Below, piece after piece: positions 13,138 through 26,809 of a DNA stretch of 64,000 nt. Below the pieces are notes generated by a model, which was given only the letters and a program-made list of their open reading frames with translations, had not been told where the DNA came from and searched no databases. The position numbers and the translations under genes are program-made. Positions within the stretch are counted from its first letter, which is position 1. Every line of letters starts with the position of its first letter. Location: assembly GCA_964016885.1 (NCBI GenBank), contig OZ024741.1, forward strand, positions 297,910,001 through 297,974,000, written 5' to 3'. Source of the stretch: Eledone cirrhosa. Its lineage: Eukaryota.

Positions 13138-14054
13138 CCAGATGAAAATTTGTCACATCAAAATCAATAGCTTGGTGCGATGGTGTGGTTTGGTGAAGTT
13201 TCTACAAAGATAGTAATTTTCGACAGGTTTCCCTGTCATAATCTATATATATAAAACTGGTTGTCTGTCTGTCTATCGATTTTTGGCACACATCTCCTCT
13301 TAGAATCTCTCACGGAATTGCACCGAAATTGCTACACTTGTATATTGAGCCCAAGCGAAGACATCGGAAAAAAAAAATTTCAAATTGACCCACCCTATGT
13401 GACGAAATCGAATATAATGTATCGATTTTTGAGCGTAAGTTATTTCCCTTTGTTCTGTTTACATTGAGCGTCTTACGTAAAAAATTACGCTGGTTTTCTC
13501 AGCGTTCGAGCCAGCAAAATATTGACCTGCAAAATTCATCAGTTCGAACACTAAGCTTCCGTTTTGCTTCATTTCCATTTAAAAGCATTTTAAGACAATA
13601 TTTTTACTTGAAAACAAGTCTATTTAAAGACTACGTAAAACAAGCAAATATTTCAGGCGTGCAGAGAGGTGATATAGGCGTGCAGACAGACATAACTGAT
13701 AATTTGGTTACGCTAATGTTTTTCTCTGCGTTGCAGTGTTTACATTTTCGATCTTTGTTAATAAATAACCAGTGCAGTTTTTATCCCCAGCATCCTCTTT
13801 TGTTATAACATTCGGGTTATCGTTATGTTTTCTTAACTTCATAAGGCATATTGTTGGTTGAGGGAATATTAATCAAAAACACCACATGCAAGTCTGCACA
13901 GTAGACACTACAGTTTTTAAGCCAAAAAAGAAACTTAACATTGTAACTTTAACACAGCTACTGAGCGACCCCGAGCAACGCCGGGCTTTACTGCTAGTAT
14001 GTGATAAAATAGTAATTTGCAAGCACCTTTAATGTCAAATTGTGTGGTAAGCAC

Positions 14055-14086
<32 letters not shown>

Positions 14087-17000
14087 CCAGATGAAAATTT
14101 GTCACACCAAAATCAATAGCTTGGTGTGATGTAGTATGGTGTGGTTTGGTGAAGTTTCTACAAAGATAGTAATTTTCGCCAGGTATCCATGTCATAATTA
14201 CTGATAAGTGGAAAAAAAATAGTCAATTGGGAGCACCTTTAATGTCAGATTGGGTGGTAAGCACACACACACACTAAAAAAAAAAAAAGGATACAGGAAG
14301 AAAATATTTCACACCAAGATCAATAGCTTGGTGTGATGTAGTATGGTGTAACTTGGTATGGTGTGGTTTGGTTTGGTTTGGTTAAGTTATGAAATGGAAA
14401 CCAATTGTAAACGATAGATTCCCATGTCATATTCATTGATAATGTGTGGGAAATTAGTTATTTGCAAGCACCTTTGATGTTAGTTTGAGGTGGTAACCAC
14501 TAAAAAAAAAAAAAAAAGCAAGGAGCAAATTTGTCACATTGATGTTCATACCATGGTGTGATTTAAATGATAGGAGTAGGTGTTTTGTAATAAATTTACC
14601 ATATAGTGAACTATGGTTATGGTGAATTTATGGTGTGGATTGGGGTAGATTAATGTGCTGTGGTGTGCTTTGTTATAAGTGAGGATTTAAATTTCCACTT
14701 TGATTTATGTTAGAAAACAAATTTTTCCTTCATTTTTGCATGTGTTATCAACTACCAAGATGCTCGCAGTGGATTATGCTTTTAGCATATTAACAAAAGA
14801 TATCACTTCCGCTGCAATAAAAAATGACTAGCTTTGTAAATGGTATTTCCACCCACATCCTCCCTCTTTTTTCTGCAAAGCTAGTCATTTTCATCAGCTT
14901 TCCATGTCATAACCATTGATAATATGTGCATAAAATAGTAATTTGCGAGCCCCATTTATGTCAAATTGGGTGATAAGCACAAAAAAAAAAAAAAAAAAAA
15001 AAAAAATTGCCAGATGAAAATTTGTCACACCAAAATCAATAGCTTGGTGCGATGGTGTCGTTTGGTGAAGTTTCTACAAAGATAGTAATTTTCGACAGGT
15101 TTCCCTGTCATAATTAATGATAAGTGAAAAAAAATAGTCAATTGGGAGCACCTTTAATGTCAGATTGGATGGTAAGCACACAGACAAAAAAAAAAAAAGG
15201 AAAAGGAAAGAAAATGTTTCACACCAAGATCAATAGCTTGGTGCAATGTAGTATGGTGTAACTTGGTATGGTGTGGTTTGGTTTGGTGAAGTTATGAAAT
15301 GGAAACCAATTGTAAACGATAGATTCCCATGTCATATTCATTGATAATGTGTGGGAAATTAGTTATTTGCAAGCACCTTTGATGTTAGTTTGAGGTGGTA
15401 ACCACTAAAAAAAAAAAAAAGCAAGGAGCAAATTTGTCACATTGATGTTCATACCATGGTGTGATTTAAATGATAGGAGTAGGTGTTTTGTAATAAATTT
15501 ACCATATAGTGAAGTATGGTTATGGTGTGGATTGGGGTAGATTAATGTGGTGCTGTGTGCTTTGTTATAAGTGAGGATTTAAATTTCCACTTTGATTTAT
15601 GTCAGAAAACAAATTTTTCCTTCATTTTTTAATGTGCTATCAACTTCCAAGATGCTCGCAGTGGATTATGCTTTTAGCATATTAACAAAAGATATGACTT
15701 CCGCCGCAATAAAAAAATGACTAGCTTTGTAAATGGTATTTCCACCCACATCCTCCCTCTTTTTTCTACAAAGCTAGTCATTTTCATCAGCTTTCCATGT
15801 CATAACCATTGATAATATGTGCATAAAATAGTAATTTGCAAGCACCTTTTATGTCAAATTGGGTGGTAAGCACAAAAAAAAAAAAAAAAAAAAAAAAAAA
15901 TTGCCAGATGAAAATTTGTCACACCAAAATCAATACCTTGGTGTGATGTAGTATGGTGTGGTTTGGTGAAGTTTCTACAAAGATAGTAATTTTCGCCAGG
16001 TTTCCATGTCAGAATTACTGATAAGTGGAAAAAAAATAGTCAATTGGGAGCACCTTTAATCTCAGATTGGGTGGTAAGCACACACACACACAAAAAAAAA
16101 AAAAAAAGGAAACGGGAAGTCATTATTTCACACCAAGATCAATAGCTTGGTGTGATGTAGTATGGTGTAACTTGGTATGGTGTGGTTTGGTAAAGTTATG
16201 AAATGGAAACCAATTGTAAACGATAGATTCCCATGTCATATTCATTGATAATGTGTGGGGAAATCAGTCATTTGCAAGCACCTTTGATGTTAGTTTGAGG
16301 TGGTAACCACAAAAAAAAAAAAAAAAAAAAAAAAAAAGCAGGTAGCAAGTTTGTCACATTGATCTCCATACCATGGTGTGATGTAAATGTTAGGTGTTCT
16401 GTAATAAATTTACCATATAGTGAACTATGGTTATGGTGAATTTATGGTGTGGATTGGGGTAGATTAATGTGCTGTTGTGTGCTTTGTTATAAGTGAGGAT
16501 TTAAATTTCCACTTTGATTTATGTTAGAAAACAAATTTTTCCTTCATTTTTGCATGTGTTATCAACTTCCAAGATGCTCGCAGTGGATTATGCTTTTAGC
16601 ATATTAACAAAAGATATCACTTCCGCTGCAATAAAAAAATGACTAGCTTTGTAAATGGTATTTCCACCCACATCCTCCCTCTTTTTTCTGCAAAGCTAGT
16701 CATTTTCATCAGCTTTCCATGTCATAACCATTGATAATATGTGCATAAAATAGTAATTTGCGAGCACCATTTATGTCAAATTGGGTGATAAGCACAAAAA
16801 AAAAAATAAAAAAAATTGCCAGATGAAAATTTGTCACACCAAAATCAATAGCTTGGTGCGATGGTGTCGTTTGGTGAAGTTTCTACAAAGATAGTAATTT
16901 TCGACAGGTTTCCCTGTCATAATTAATGATAAGTGAAAAAAAAATAGTCAATTGGGAGCACCTTTAATGTCAGATTGGATGGTAAGCACACAGACAAAAA

Positions 17001-17683
17001 AATAAAAGGAAAAGGAAAGAAAATGTTTCACACCAAGATCAATAGCTTGGTGCAATGTAGTATGGTGTAACTTGGTATGGTGTGATTTGGTTTGGTGAAG
17101 TTATGAAATGGAAACCAATTGTAAACGATAGATTCCCATGTCATATTCATTGATAATGTGTGGGAAATTAGTTATTTGCAAGCACCTTTGATGTTAGTTT
17201 GAGGTGGTAACCACTAAAAAAAAAAAAAAAGCAAGGAGCAAATTTGTCACATTGATGTTCATACCATGGTGTGATTTAAATGATAGGAGTAGGTGTTTTG
17301 TAATAAATTTACCATATAGTGAAGTATGGTTATGGTGTGGATTGGGGTAGATTAATGTGGTGTTGTGTGCTTTGTTATAAGTGAGGATTTAAATTTCCAC
17401 TTTGATTTATGTTAGAAAACAAATTTTTCCTTCATTTTTGCATGTGTTATCAACTTCCAAGATGCTCGCAGTGGATTATGCTTTTAGCATATTAACAAAA
17501 GATATCACTTCCGCTGCAATAAAAAAATGACTAGCTTTGTAAATGGTATTTCCACCCACATCCTCCCTCTTTTTTCTGCAAAGCTAGTCATTTTCATCAG
17601 CTTTCCATGTCATAACCATTGATAATATGTGCATAAAATAGTAATTTGCGAGCACCATTTATGTCAAATTGGGTGGTAAGCAC

Positions 17684-17714
<31 letters not shown>

Positions 17715-18579
17715 CCAGATGAAATTTTGTCATACCAAAATCAATAGCTTGGTGCGATGGTGTCGTTTGGTGAAGTTTCTACAAAGATAGTAATTTTCGA
17801 CAGGCTTCCCTGTCATAATTAATGATAAGTGAAAAAAAAATAGTCAATTGGGAGCACCTTTAATGTCAGATTGGATGGTAAGCACACAGACAAAAAAATA
17901 AAAGGAAAAGGAAAGAAAATGTTTCACACCAAGATCAATAGCTTGGTACAATGTAGTATGGTGTAACTTGGTATGGTGTGATTTGGTTTGGTGAAGTTAT
18001 GAAATGGAAACCAATTGTCAACGATAGATTCCCATGTCATATTCATTGATAATGTGTGGGAAATTAGTTATTTGCAAGCACCTTTGATGTTAGTTTGAGG
18101 TGGTAACCACTAAAAAAAAAAAAAAAAGCAAGGAGCAAATTTGTCACATTGATGTTCATACCATGGTGTGATTTAAATGATAGGAGTAGGTGTTTTGTAA
18201 TAAATTTACCATATAGTGAAGTATGGTTATGGTGTGGATTGGGGTAGATTAATGTGGTGCTGTGTGCTTTGTTATAAGTGAGGATTTAAATTTCCACTTT
18301 GATTTATGTTAGAAAACAAATTTTTCCTTCATTTTTTAATGTGCTATCAACTTCCAAGATGCTCGCAGTGGATTATGCTTTTAGCATATTAACAAAAGAT
18401 ATGACTTCCGCCGCAATAAAAAAATGACTAGCTTTGTAAATGGTATTTCCACCCACATCCTCCCTCTTTTTTCTACAAAGCTAGTCATTTTCATCAGCTT
18501 TCCATGTCATAACCATTGATAATATGTGCATAAAATAGTAATTTGCAAGCACCTTTTATGTCAAATTGGGTGGTAAGCA

Positions 18580-18618
<39 letters not shown>

Positions 18619-21530
18619 CCAGATGAAATTTTGTCACACCAAAATCAATAGCTTGGTGTGATGTAGTATGGTGTGGTTTGGTGAAGTTTCTACAAAGATA
18701 GTAATTTTCGCCAGGTTTCCATGTCATAATTACTGATAAGTGGAAAAAAAATAGTCAATTGGGAGCACCTTTAATCTCAGATTGGGTGGTAAGCACACAC
18801 ACACACACAAAAAAAAAAAAAAGGAAACGGGAAGTAATTATTTCACACCAAGATCAATAGCTTGGTGTGATGTAGTATGGTGTAACTTGGTATGGTGTGG
18901 TTTGGTTTGGTAAAGTTATGAAATGGAAACCAATTGTAAACGATAGATTCCCATGTCATATTCATTGATAATGTGTGGGAAATTAGTCATTTGCAAGCAC
19001 CTTTGATGTTAGTTTGAGGTGGTAACCACAAAAAAAAAAAAAAAAAAAAAGCAGGTAGCAAGTTTGTCACATTGATCTCCATACCATGGTGTGATGTAAA
19101 TGTTAGGTGTTCTGTAATAAATTTACCATATAGTGAACTATGGTTATGGTGAATTTATGGTGTGGATTGGGGTAGATTAATGTGCTGTGGTGTGCTTTGT
19201 TATAAGTGAGGATTTAAATTTCCACTTTGATTTATGTTAGAAAACAAATTTTTCCTTCATTTTTGCATGTGTTATCAACTTCCAAGATGCTCGCAGTGGA
19301 TTATGCTTTTAGCATATTAACAAAAGATATCACTTCCGCTGCAATAAAAAATGACTAGCTTTGTAAATGGTATTTCCACCCACATCCTCCCTCTTTTTTC
19401 TGCAAAGCTAGTCATTTTCATCAGCTTTCCATGTCATAACCATTGATAATATGTGCATAAAATAGTAATTTGCGAGCACCATTTATGTCAAATTGGGTGA
19501 TAAGCACAAAAAAAAAAAAAAAAAAAAATTGCCAGATGAAAATTTGTCACACCAAAATCAATAGCTTGGTGCGATGGTGTCGTTTGGTGAAGTTTCTACA
19601 AAGATAGTAATTTTCGACAGGTTTCCCTGTCATAATTAATGATAAGTGAAAAAAAAATAGTCAATTGGGAGCACCTTTAATGTCAGATTGGATGGTAAGC
19701 ACACAGACAAAAAAAAAAAAGGAAAAGGAAAGAAAATGTTTCACACCAAGATCAATAGCTTGGTGCAATGTAGTATGGTGTAACTTGGTATGGTGTGATT
19801 TGGTTTGGTGAAGTTATGAAATGGAAACCAATTGTAAACGATAGATTCCCATGTCATATTCATTGATAATGTGTGGGAAATTAGTTATTTGCAAGCACCT
19901 TTGATGTTAGTTTGAGGTGGTAACCACTAAAAAAAAAAAAAAAGCAAGGAGCAAATTTGTCACATTGATGTTCATACCATGGTGTGATTTAAATGATAGG
20001 AGTAGGTGTTTTGTAATAAATTTACCATATAGTGAAGTATGGTTATGGTGTGGATTGGGGTAGATTAATGTGGTGTTGTGTGCTTTGTTATAAGTGAGGA
20101 TTTAAATTTCCACTTTGATTTATGTTAGAAAACAAATTTTTCCTTCATTTTTTAATGTGCTATCAACTTCCAAGATGCTCGCAGTGGATTATGCTTTTAG
20201 CATATTAACAAAAGATATGACTTCCGCCGCAATAAAAAAATGACTAGCTTTGTAAATGGTATTTCCACCCACATCCTCCCTCTTTTTTCTACAAAGCTAG
20301 TCATTTTCATCAGCTTTCCATGTCATAACCATTGATAATATGTGCATAAAATAGTAATTTGCGAGCCCCATTTATGTCAAATTGGGTGGTAAGCACAAAA
20401 AAAAAAAAAAAAAAAAAAAAATTGCCAGATGAAAATTTGTCACACCAAAATAAATAGCTTGGTGTGATGTAGTATGGTGTGGTTTGGTGAAGTTTCTACA
20501 AAGATAGTCATTTTAGACCGGTTTCCATGTCATAATTATTGATAAGTGGAAAAAAAAATAGTCAATTGGGAGCACCTTTAATGTCAGATTGGGTGGTAAG
20601 CACACACACACACACACAAAAAAAAAAAAAGGAAACGGGAAGAAAATATTTCACACCAAGATCAATAGCTTGGTGTGATGTAGTATGGTGTAACTTGGTA
20701 TGGTGTGGTTTGGTTTGGTAAAGTTATGAAATGGAAACCAATTGTAAACAATAGATTCCCATGTCATATTCATTGATAATGTCTGGGAAATTAGTTATTT
20801 GCAAGCACCTTTGATGTTAGTTTGGGTGGTAACCACGAAAAAAAAAAAAGCAGGTAGCAAATTTGTCACATTGATGTCCATACCATGGTGTGATGTAAAT
20901 GATAGGAGTAGGTGTTCTGTAATAAATTTACCATAATATGGTGCTGTTTGATATGGTGTGGTTTGGGGTAGATTAATGTGGTGTGGTGTGCTTTGTTATA
21001 AGTAAGGAATTAAATTTCCACTTTGATTTATGTAAGATAAAAAAGTTTTCCTTCACTTTTTGCATGTGCTATCAACTAATACAACTTCCAAGATGCTCGC
21101 AGTGGACTATGGTTTTAGCATATTAAGAAAAAATATGACTTCCGCTGCAATAAAAAATGACTAGCTTTGTAAATGGTATTTCCACCCACATCCTCCCTCT
21201 TTTTTCTACAAAGCTAGTCATTTTCGACAATTTTCCATGTCATAATTATTGATAATATGTGCGAAAAATAGTCAATTGCAGCACCTTTGATGTCAGATTG
21301 ATGTAAGAACACACACAAAAAAAAAAAAAAAGAAACAGGAAGAAAATTTTTCACACTGAGATCAAAAGCATGGTGTGATGTCGAATGGTGTAGTTTGTTA
21401 TGGTGTGGTTTGGATTGTTGTAGTTATGACATGGGAACCTATTGCAAATGATAGGTTTCCATGTTATATACATTGATAATGTAAAAAATAGTCATTTGTG
21501 AGCACCTTTGATATCAGATTGGGTGGTAAG

Positions 21531-21565
<35 letters not shown>

Positions 21566-21700
21566 GAAAAAAAACAGGAAGAAAAATGTTCTCACTGAGA
21601 TTAATAGCATGGTGTGATGTAGTATGGTGTAGTTTGTTATGGTGAGGTTTGGTATGGTGTAGTTTGGTATGGTTTAGTGGAGTTATAACCTATCATAAAT
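9420..21700. repeat. ~900-bp tandem satellite, ~13 units with internal subrepeats and two variant types
   Basis: TGTG(C/T)TATCAACTTCCAAGATGCTC recurs at ~9436, 10170, 11086, 11980, 12858, 14740, 15633, 16555, 17443, 18340, 19268, 20156 and 21065. Confidence 0.97.
13242..13997 (+). mobile_element. Non-autonomous Helitron inserted in the satellite
   Basis: A|TCTATATATATAAA 5' end followed by (GTCT)n; 3' end CCCCGAGCAACGCCGGG hairpin plus CTAG|T; no TSD. Confidence 0.85.
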
Positions 21701-21879
21701 TTACCAAGGTATGGTATAATCTGGTTTGGTGTAGTGTAGGGTGGTGTGGTGTGTTATTGTGTTGCATTGTATAGTGTGATTCTCTTTAAATTAAAATCAT
21801 TAAAATGTAATGCCTATCTTCTATATCTTAAAGAGTGACCTTAAATGTGATTGCAAATGACTTTTTTCTCTGGATTAAT

Positions 21880-24800
21880 GTTAGATTTAGGGTTAGTGTT
21901 AGGGTAAGTTTTACTGTTAATGGTAAGTTTATTGTTAGTGACTGTGTACTGTTAGCATTACTGTCACTGTTAGTGTTACTGTAACTCTAACTAACTCTTA
22001 CAGTTACTGTTTGCGTTACTGTCTGCATCAGCGTTAGCATTTGCAAAAGCGTCTATGTAAGCTTTTGTGTTAGTGTCTATGTAGATTGGTGTTAGCATCT
22101 GCGTTAGTGTTTGGATTAGCCTTAGTGTTTGCGTAAGTGTCAGCATCTATGTCAGCATTTGCGTCAGCGTCTGCATTGGTGATAGTGATTGTGTCGGCAT
22201 TGTGTCAGCATTTCCCTTAACGTCTGAGTCAACATTAGTGTTTGTTTCAGTGCCTGCATCTACGTCACCTTCTGAGTCAGCATTATCATTAGCGTCCGTG
22301 TCAGCACTTGTGTCAGTGTCAGCATTTCCCTCAGTGTCAGCGTTTGCATCAGCGTGCACGTCAGCATTTGCATTAGTGTTTGAGTCAGTGTTAGCATCAG
22401 CGTTTGCATTTGTGTAGGGGTTAGCATTTGCGTCAGCATCAGCATTCACATTAGCGTTTGCGACAGCGTTTCCTTTAACGTCTTTGTCAGCATTTCTGTT
22501 AGCGTCTGTGTCAGTGTTTCCGTTAGCTTCTACGTCAGTGTTTCCGTTAGCTTCTTTGTCAGTGTGTCCGTTAGCTTCTACATCAGCGTTTCCGACCGCG
22601 TCTGTGTCAGCATCAGTATTTACATCTACATCAGTGTCAGCGTTTCAGTTAACGTCAGTGTTTACGTTAGCGTCTGTGTCAGCGTTTACGTTAGCTTCTT
22701 TGTCAGCGTTTCCGTAACATGTACGTCAGCGTTTTCCGTTAGCATTAGCGTTTCCATTAACCTTTCCTGTGGCGTCCGCATCATTGCAGCGTCTGCATAT
22801 CCCATGTAAGCGTTAACTTCAGCATTTGCATCAGCGTTAGCGTTAGCCTTAGCCCTAGTGTCCGCATCAGCATTTGCATTAGCGTCAGCATACACGTCAG
22901 CGCCCGGCAATACTGCCTCAACATTTGCGTCAGCGTTAGCTTGGCTTTGGCTTCAGCAATCCGCATCAGCAATTGCGTTTTGGAGATCAGCTTCGGCGGT
23001 AAGGGTAAACGCTAACTTCTACGCCTGCTTCTACGTAACAACTACGTCAGCGTTTTGTTAGCTTCTACGTCAGCGTTTACGTTAGCTTCTACATCAGCTT
23101 CTACGTTAACATCTACGTCATCGTTTACATTAGCCTCTACATCAGCATCTACATTAGCTTCTATGTCAGCGCTTACATTAGTGTCTGTGTCAGCGTTTGT
23201 GTTAGCTTCTACATCAGCGTCTGTATTTACATCAGCGTCAGCGTTTACATTTGCGTCTGTGTCTGCGTTTACGTTAGCTTCTACGTCATCATTTACGTTA
23301 GCCTCTGTGTCAACGTGTGTTAGCATCTGTGTCAGTGTTTATGTTAGCCTCTGTGTCAGTGTTTATATTAACATCTGCGTCAGTGTTTACGTTAGCATCT
23401 GTGTCAGCATTTTCATTAGTGTTTCCTTTAGCTTCTACATCAATTTTTACGTCTGTATTAAGGTTCACATTAGCATCGCTGTCAGCATTTGCATTTGCTT
23501 TAACATCTGTATCAACATTTGCGTCTGTGTTTGCATTAGTGTCTGCATTTGCTTTAGTGTTTGCATCAGCGTGAGCATTTGTGTCAGTGTCCATGTCAGC
23601 GTTAGAGTGTGTAGCATTTACATCAGCGTGTGCGTCAGAGTCTTTGTCAGCATTCGCCTTTGCATCTGCATCAGTATTCACGTTAGTGTTTGTGTCAGCG
23701 TAAGCGATTGTGTCAACATTTGCGCTAGCGTTTGTGCCAGCATAGCCATCTTCGTCAGTGTCAGCATTGGCGTTAGTGTTTCCATTAGTGTTCGTGTTTG
23801 ATTTTGTATTAGTGTTAGCATTAGTGTTCAGGTTAGTGTTAGTGTTCAGGTTAGTGTTAGTGTTTGTGTTAGTGTTCAGGTTAATGTTGACTTAGTTTTC
23901 TGGTTAGTGTTAGTTTTCAGATTAGGGCTCGTGTTACTTTTAGTGTTAGTGCTCAGGTTAGTGGTTTATGGTAGTGTTAGTTTTAGTGGTAGTGTTAGTG
24001 TTAAGGTTAATGTTCGTGTTAATGTCAGTTTTAGTGTTATTTTTTCCATTAGTGTTAGTGTTTTATTTTGTGTTAATGTTTGTGCTAGTGTTTCCATTAG
24101 TGTTAGTCTTTGTTTTTCTGTTAATGTTAGTGTTTGATTTAGTGTTGAGGTTAATGTTAGCTTAGTTTTCTGGTTAGTATCAGTTTTCGTGTTAGTTTTA
24201 GTGTTAGTGTTCAGGTTAGTGTTTTTTTTAGTGTTAATTTTTATGGTAGTGTTAGTGCTCAGATCAGTGTTAGTGTTACTGTTTATGGTAGTGCTAGTTT
24301 TAGTGCTAGTGTTTAGGTTAATGTTAGTTTTAGTGTAAGCGTTCAGGTCAGTGTTAGTGTTAAGGTTAGTTTTAGATATTGTGTTAGTGTTTGTTTTTGT
24401 GTTAATGTTAGCATTAGTATTTCTGTTAGTGTTAGCATGAGCGTTTGTGTTAGTGTTCAGGTTAATGTTAGCTTAGTTTTCAGGTTAGTGTTAGCGTTCA
24501 AGTTAATGTTAGTGTTAGTTTTAGTGTTAGTATTTGTTTTTGTGTTAATATTTGTGTTAGTATCTCTGTTAGCATTAGTGTTTGATGTTTCCATTAGTGT
24601 TAGTGATTGTGTTAGTCTTTGTTTTTGTGTTAAGGTTAGCGTTAATGTTAGCATTAGTATTTCTGTTATGAGTGTTTGTGTTAGTGTTCAGGTTAATGTT
24701 AGCTTAGTTTTGTGTTCAGATTAGCTTAGTTAGTGTTCAGATTAATGTTAGCTTAGTTTTGTGTTCAGATTAGCTTAGTTAGTGTTCAGATTAATGTTAG

Positions 24801-25840
24801 CTTAGTTTTCAGTGTTAAGGCTAGCGTTAAGGTTAGCGTTAATGTTAGCATTAGTATTTCTGTTATGAGTGTTTGTGTTAGTGTTAGCGTTAATGTTAGC
24901 TTAGTTTTCAGGTTAGTGTTAAAGTTAATGTTAGTTTTAGTGTTAGAGATTGTGTTAGTGTTTGTTTTTGTGTTAATATTTGTGTTAGTATCTCTGTTAG
25001 TGTTAGTTTTAGTGTAAGTGTTCAGGTAAGTGTTAGTGTTCAAGTTAATGTTCGTGTTAGTTTTAGTGTTAGTATTTGCTTCCATTAGTGTTAGTGATTG
25101 TGTTAGCATTAGTCTTTGTTTTTGTGTTCAGGTTAGCGTTAATGTTAGCATTAGTATTTCTGTTAGTGTTAGCATTAGTGTTTATGTTAGTGTTCAGGTT
25201 AATGTTAGCTTAGTTTTCAGGTTAGAGTTAGTGTTCAAGTTAATGTTAGTTTTAGTGTTACTATTGAGGTTAGTGTTAGAGATTGTGTTAGTGTTTGTTT
25301 TTGTGTTAATATTTGTGTTAGTATCTCTGTTAGCGTTAGTGTTTGTTTTAGTGTTGAAGTTAATGTTAGCTTAGTTTTCTGGTTAGTATCAGTTTTCAGA
25401 TTAGTGTTTGTGTTAGTGTTACTTTTAGTGTTAGTGCTCAGGTCAGTGTTAGTGTTTATGGTAGTGTTAGTTTTAGTGCTAGTGTTCAGGCTCATGTTTG
25501 TGCTAATGTTAGTTTTAGTGTAAGTGTTCAGGTTAGTGTTAGTGTTCAGGTTAGTGTTAGTGTTCAGGTTAGTGTTAGTGTTCAGGTTAGTGTTTGTGTT
25601 CAGGTTAGTGTTTGTGTTCAGGTTAGTGTTTGTGTTAGTTTTCTATTTAATGTTAGTTTTCAGATTTTGTGTTTGTGTTAGTTTTCATGTTAGCGCTAAG
25701 TTCACTGTTAGGGCATGTGTGAGTACAAGTGTTAGAGTATGTGTGAGTGCAAGTGTTAGAGCATGTGTGAGTGCAAGTGTTAGGGTAAGTGTTAGGGTAA
25801 GTGTTATTTTTAAAGTTCGGTTTTAGCTTAAAGTTAGGTT
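21880..25840. repeat. 4-kb degenerate hexamer array (GTTAGG/GTTAGT/GTCAGC variants)
   Basis: Strong 6-bp periodicity that generates the many dipeptide-repeat pseudo-ORFs in the track. Confidence 0.9.
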
Positions 25841-26160
25841 TTCTACTTTCCAGGAAAAAAGTTGATCCTCTCTAATTTGAGTGGTGTGATATAGTGTGGT
25901 AAAGTATAGTGTTTCATAGTCTTGTGTGGTGTTGTCTATTGTTGTATAGTGTAGTATGGTATATTGTTTCATAGCATGGTCTGGTGTGAGGTCGTACAGT
26001 GTTTCGTAGTGTGGTGTTGGATAATGTGGTATGGTATAATGTTTGTCAGTGTGGCATGGTATGGTATAGGTTGATGTAGTGTGGCTTAGTTTGATTATAA
26101 TAATACAAATAATAATAACAATAATAATAGTAATAATAATTGTTCTTGTTCATTTTCTTT

Positions 26161-26360
26161 GTCTTCTTCTGTGCCTTTGTTTTCTTCTGTGCCTTTGACT
26201 TCTTCTGTGCCTTTGACTTCTTCTGTGCCTTTGACTTCTTCTGTGCCTTTGACTTCTTCTGTGCCTTTGACTTCTTCTGTGCCTTTGACTTCTTCTGTGC
26301 CTTTGACTTCTTCTGTGCCTTTGACTTCTTCTGTGCCTTTGACTTCTTCTGTGCCTTTAT
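26161..26360. repeat. 18-bp minisatellite (CTTCTTCTGTGCCTTTGA) x~11
   Basis: Read directly from the sequence. Confidence 0.95.
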
Positions 26361-26809
26361 CTTCTCCTCTGCCATCTAAATGCCAAAAACAAAGAATGTA
26401 AAACATATATGTTGCCTATCTCTCAGACTTTACAAAGTGCTGAGGAGATAAAGTTAATTTAAAGAGCAGTGTGCTCATGCACTGTGATCCTATAATGTAG
26501 GTTATAAGCTATTTCATAACTAAAAATCAATGTCAAACATCAACAAAAGTATATACAAATATCTTTGAATGTTTAAGTTAAACCTAAATAGATCATATCT
26601 ACAGGTCATTAGGTTAAGACTGAACTAAGATCATATCTATAAATCATTAGGTTTAGACTGAACTGAGATCATACTTTCTTCTTCTTTTCATCATCTTCGT
26701 TTCCCATGTCTTCTTTGTCTTTGTTGTCATTTTCATTTTAGTCGTCTGCTTCGTCGTCTTTTTCTTCTTTTCCATCTAAATATAAAAAAAATTGTAAACA
26801 AATATATAG

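Noticed and set aside
9420-21700. CRISPR-like array or repeated small genes (MTWKPGENYY.. ORFs)
   Set aside because: Whole units repeat with no unique spacers and there are no cas genes. The ORFs depend on variable poly-A lengths.
22147-25826. Antifreeze- or biomineral-like repeat proteins
   Set aside because: ORFs are open on both strands and in several frames because of hexamer periodicity. They are interrupted by stops and shifts and have no signal peptide or clear splice sites.
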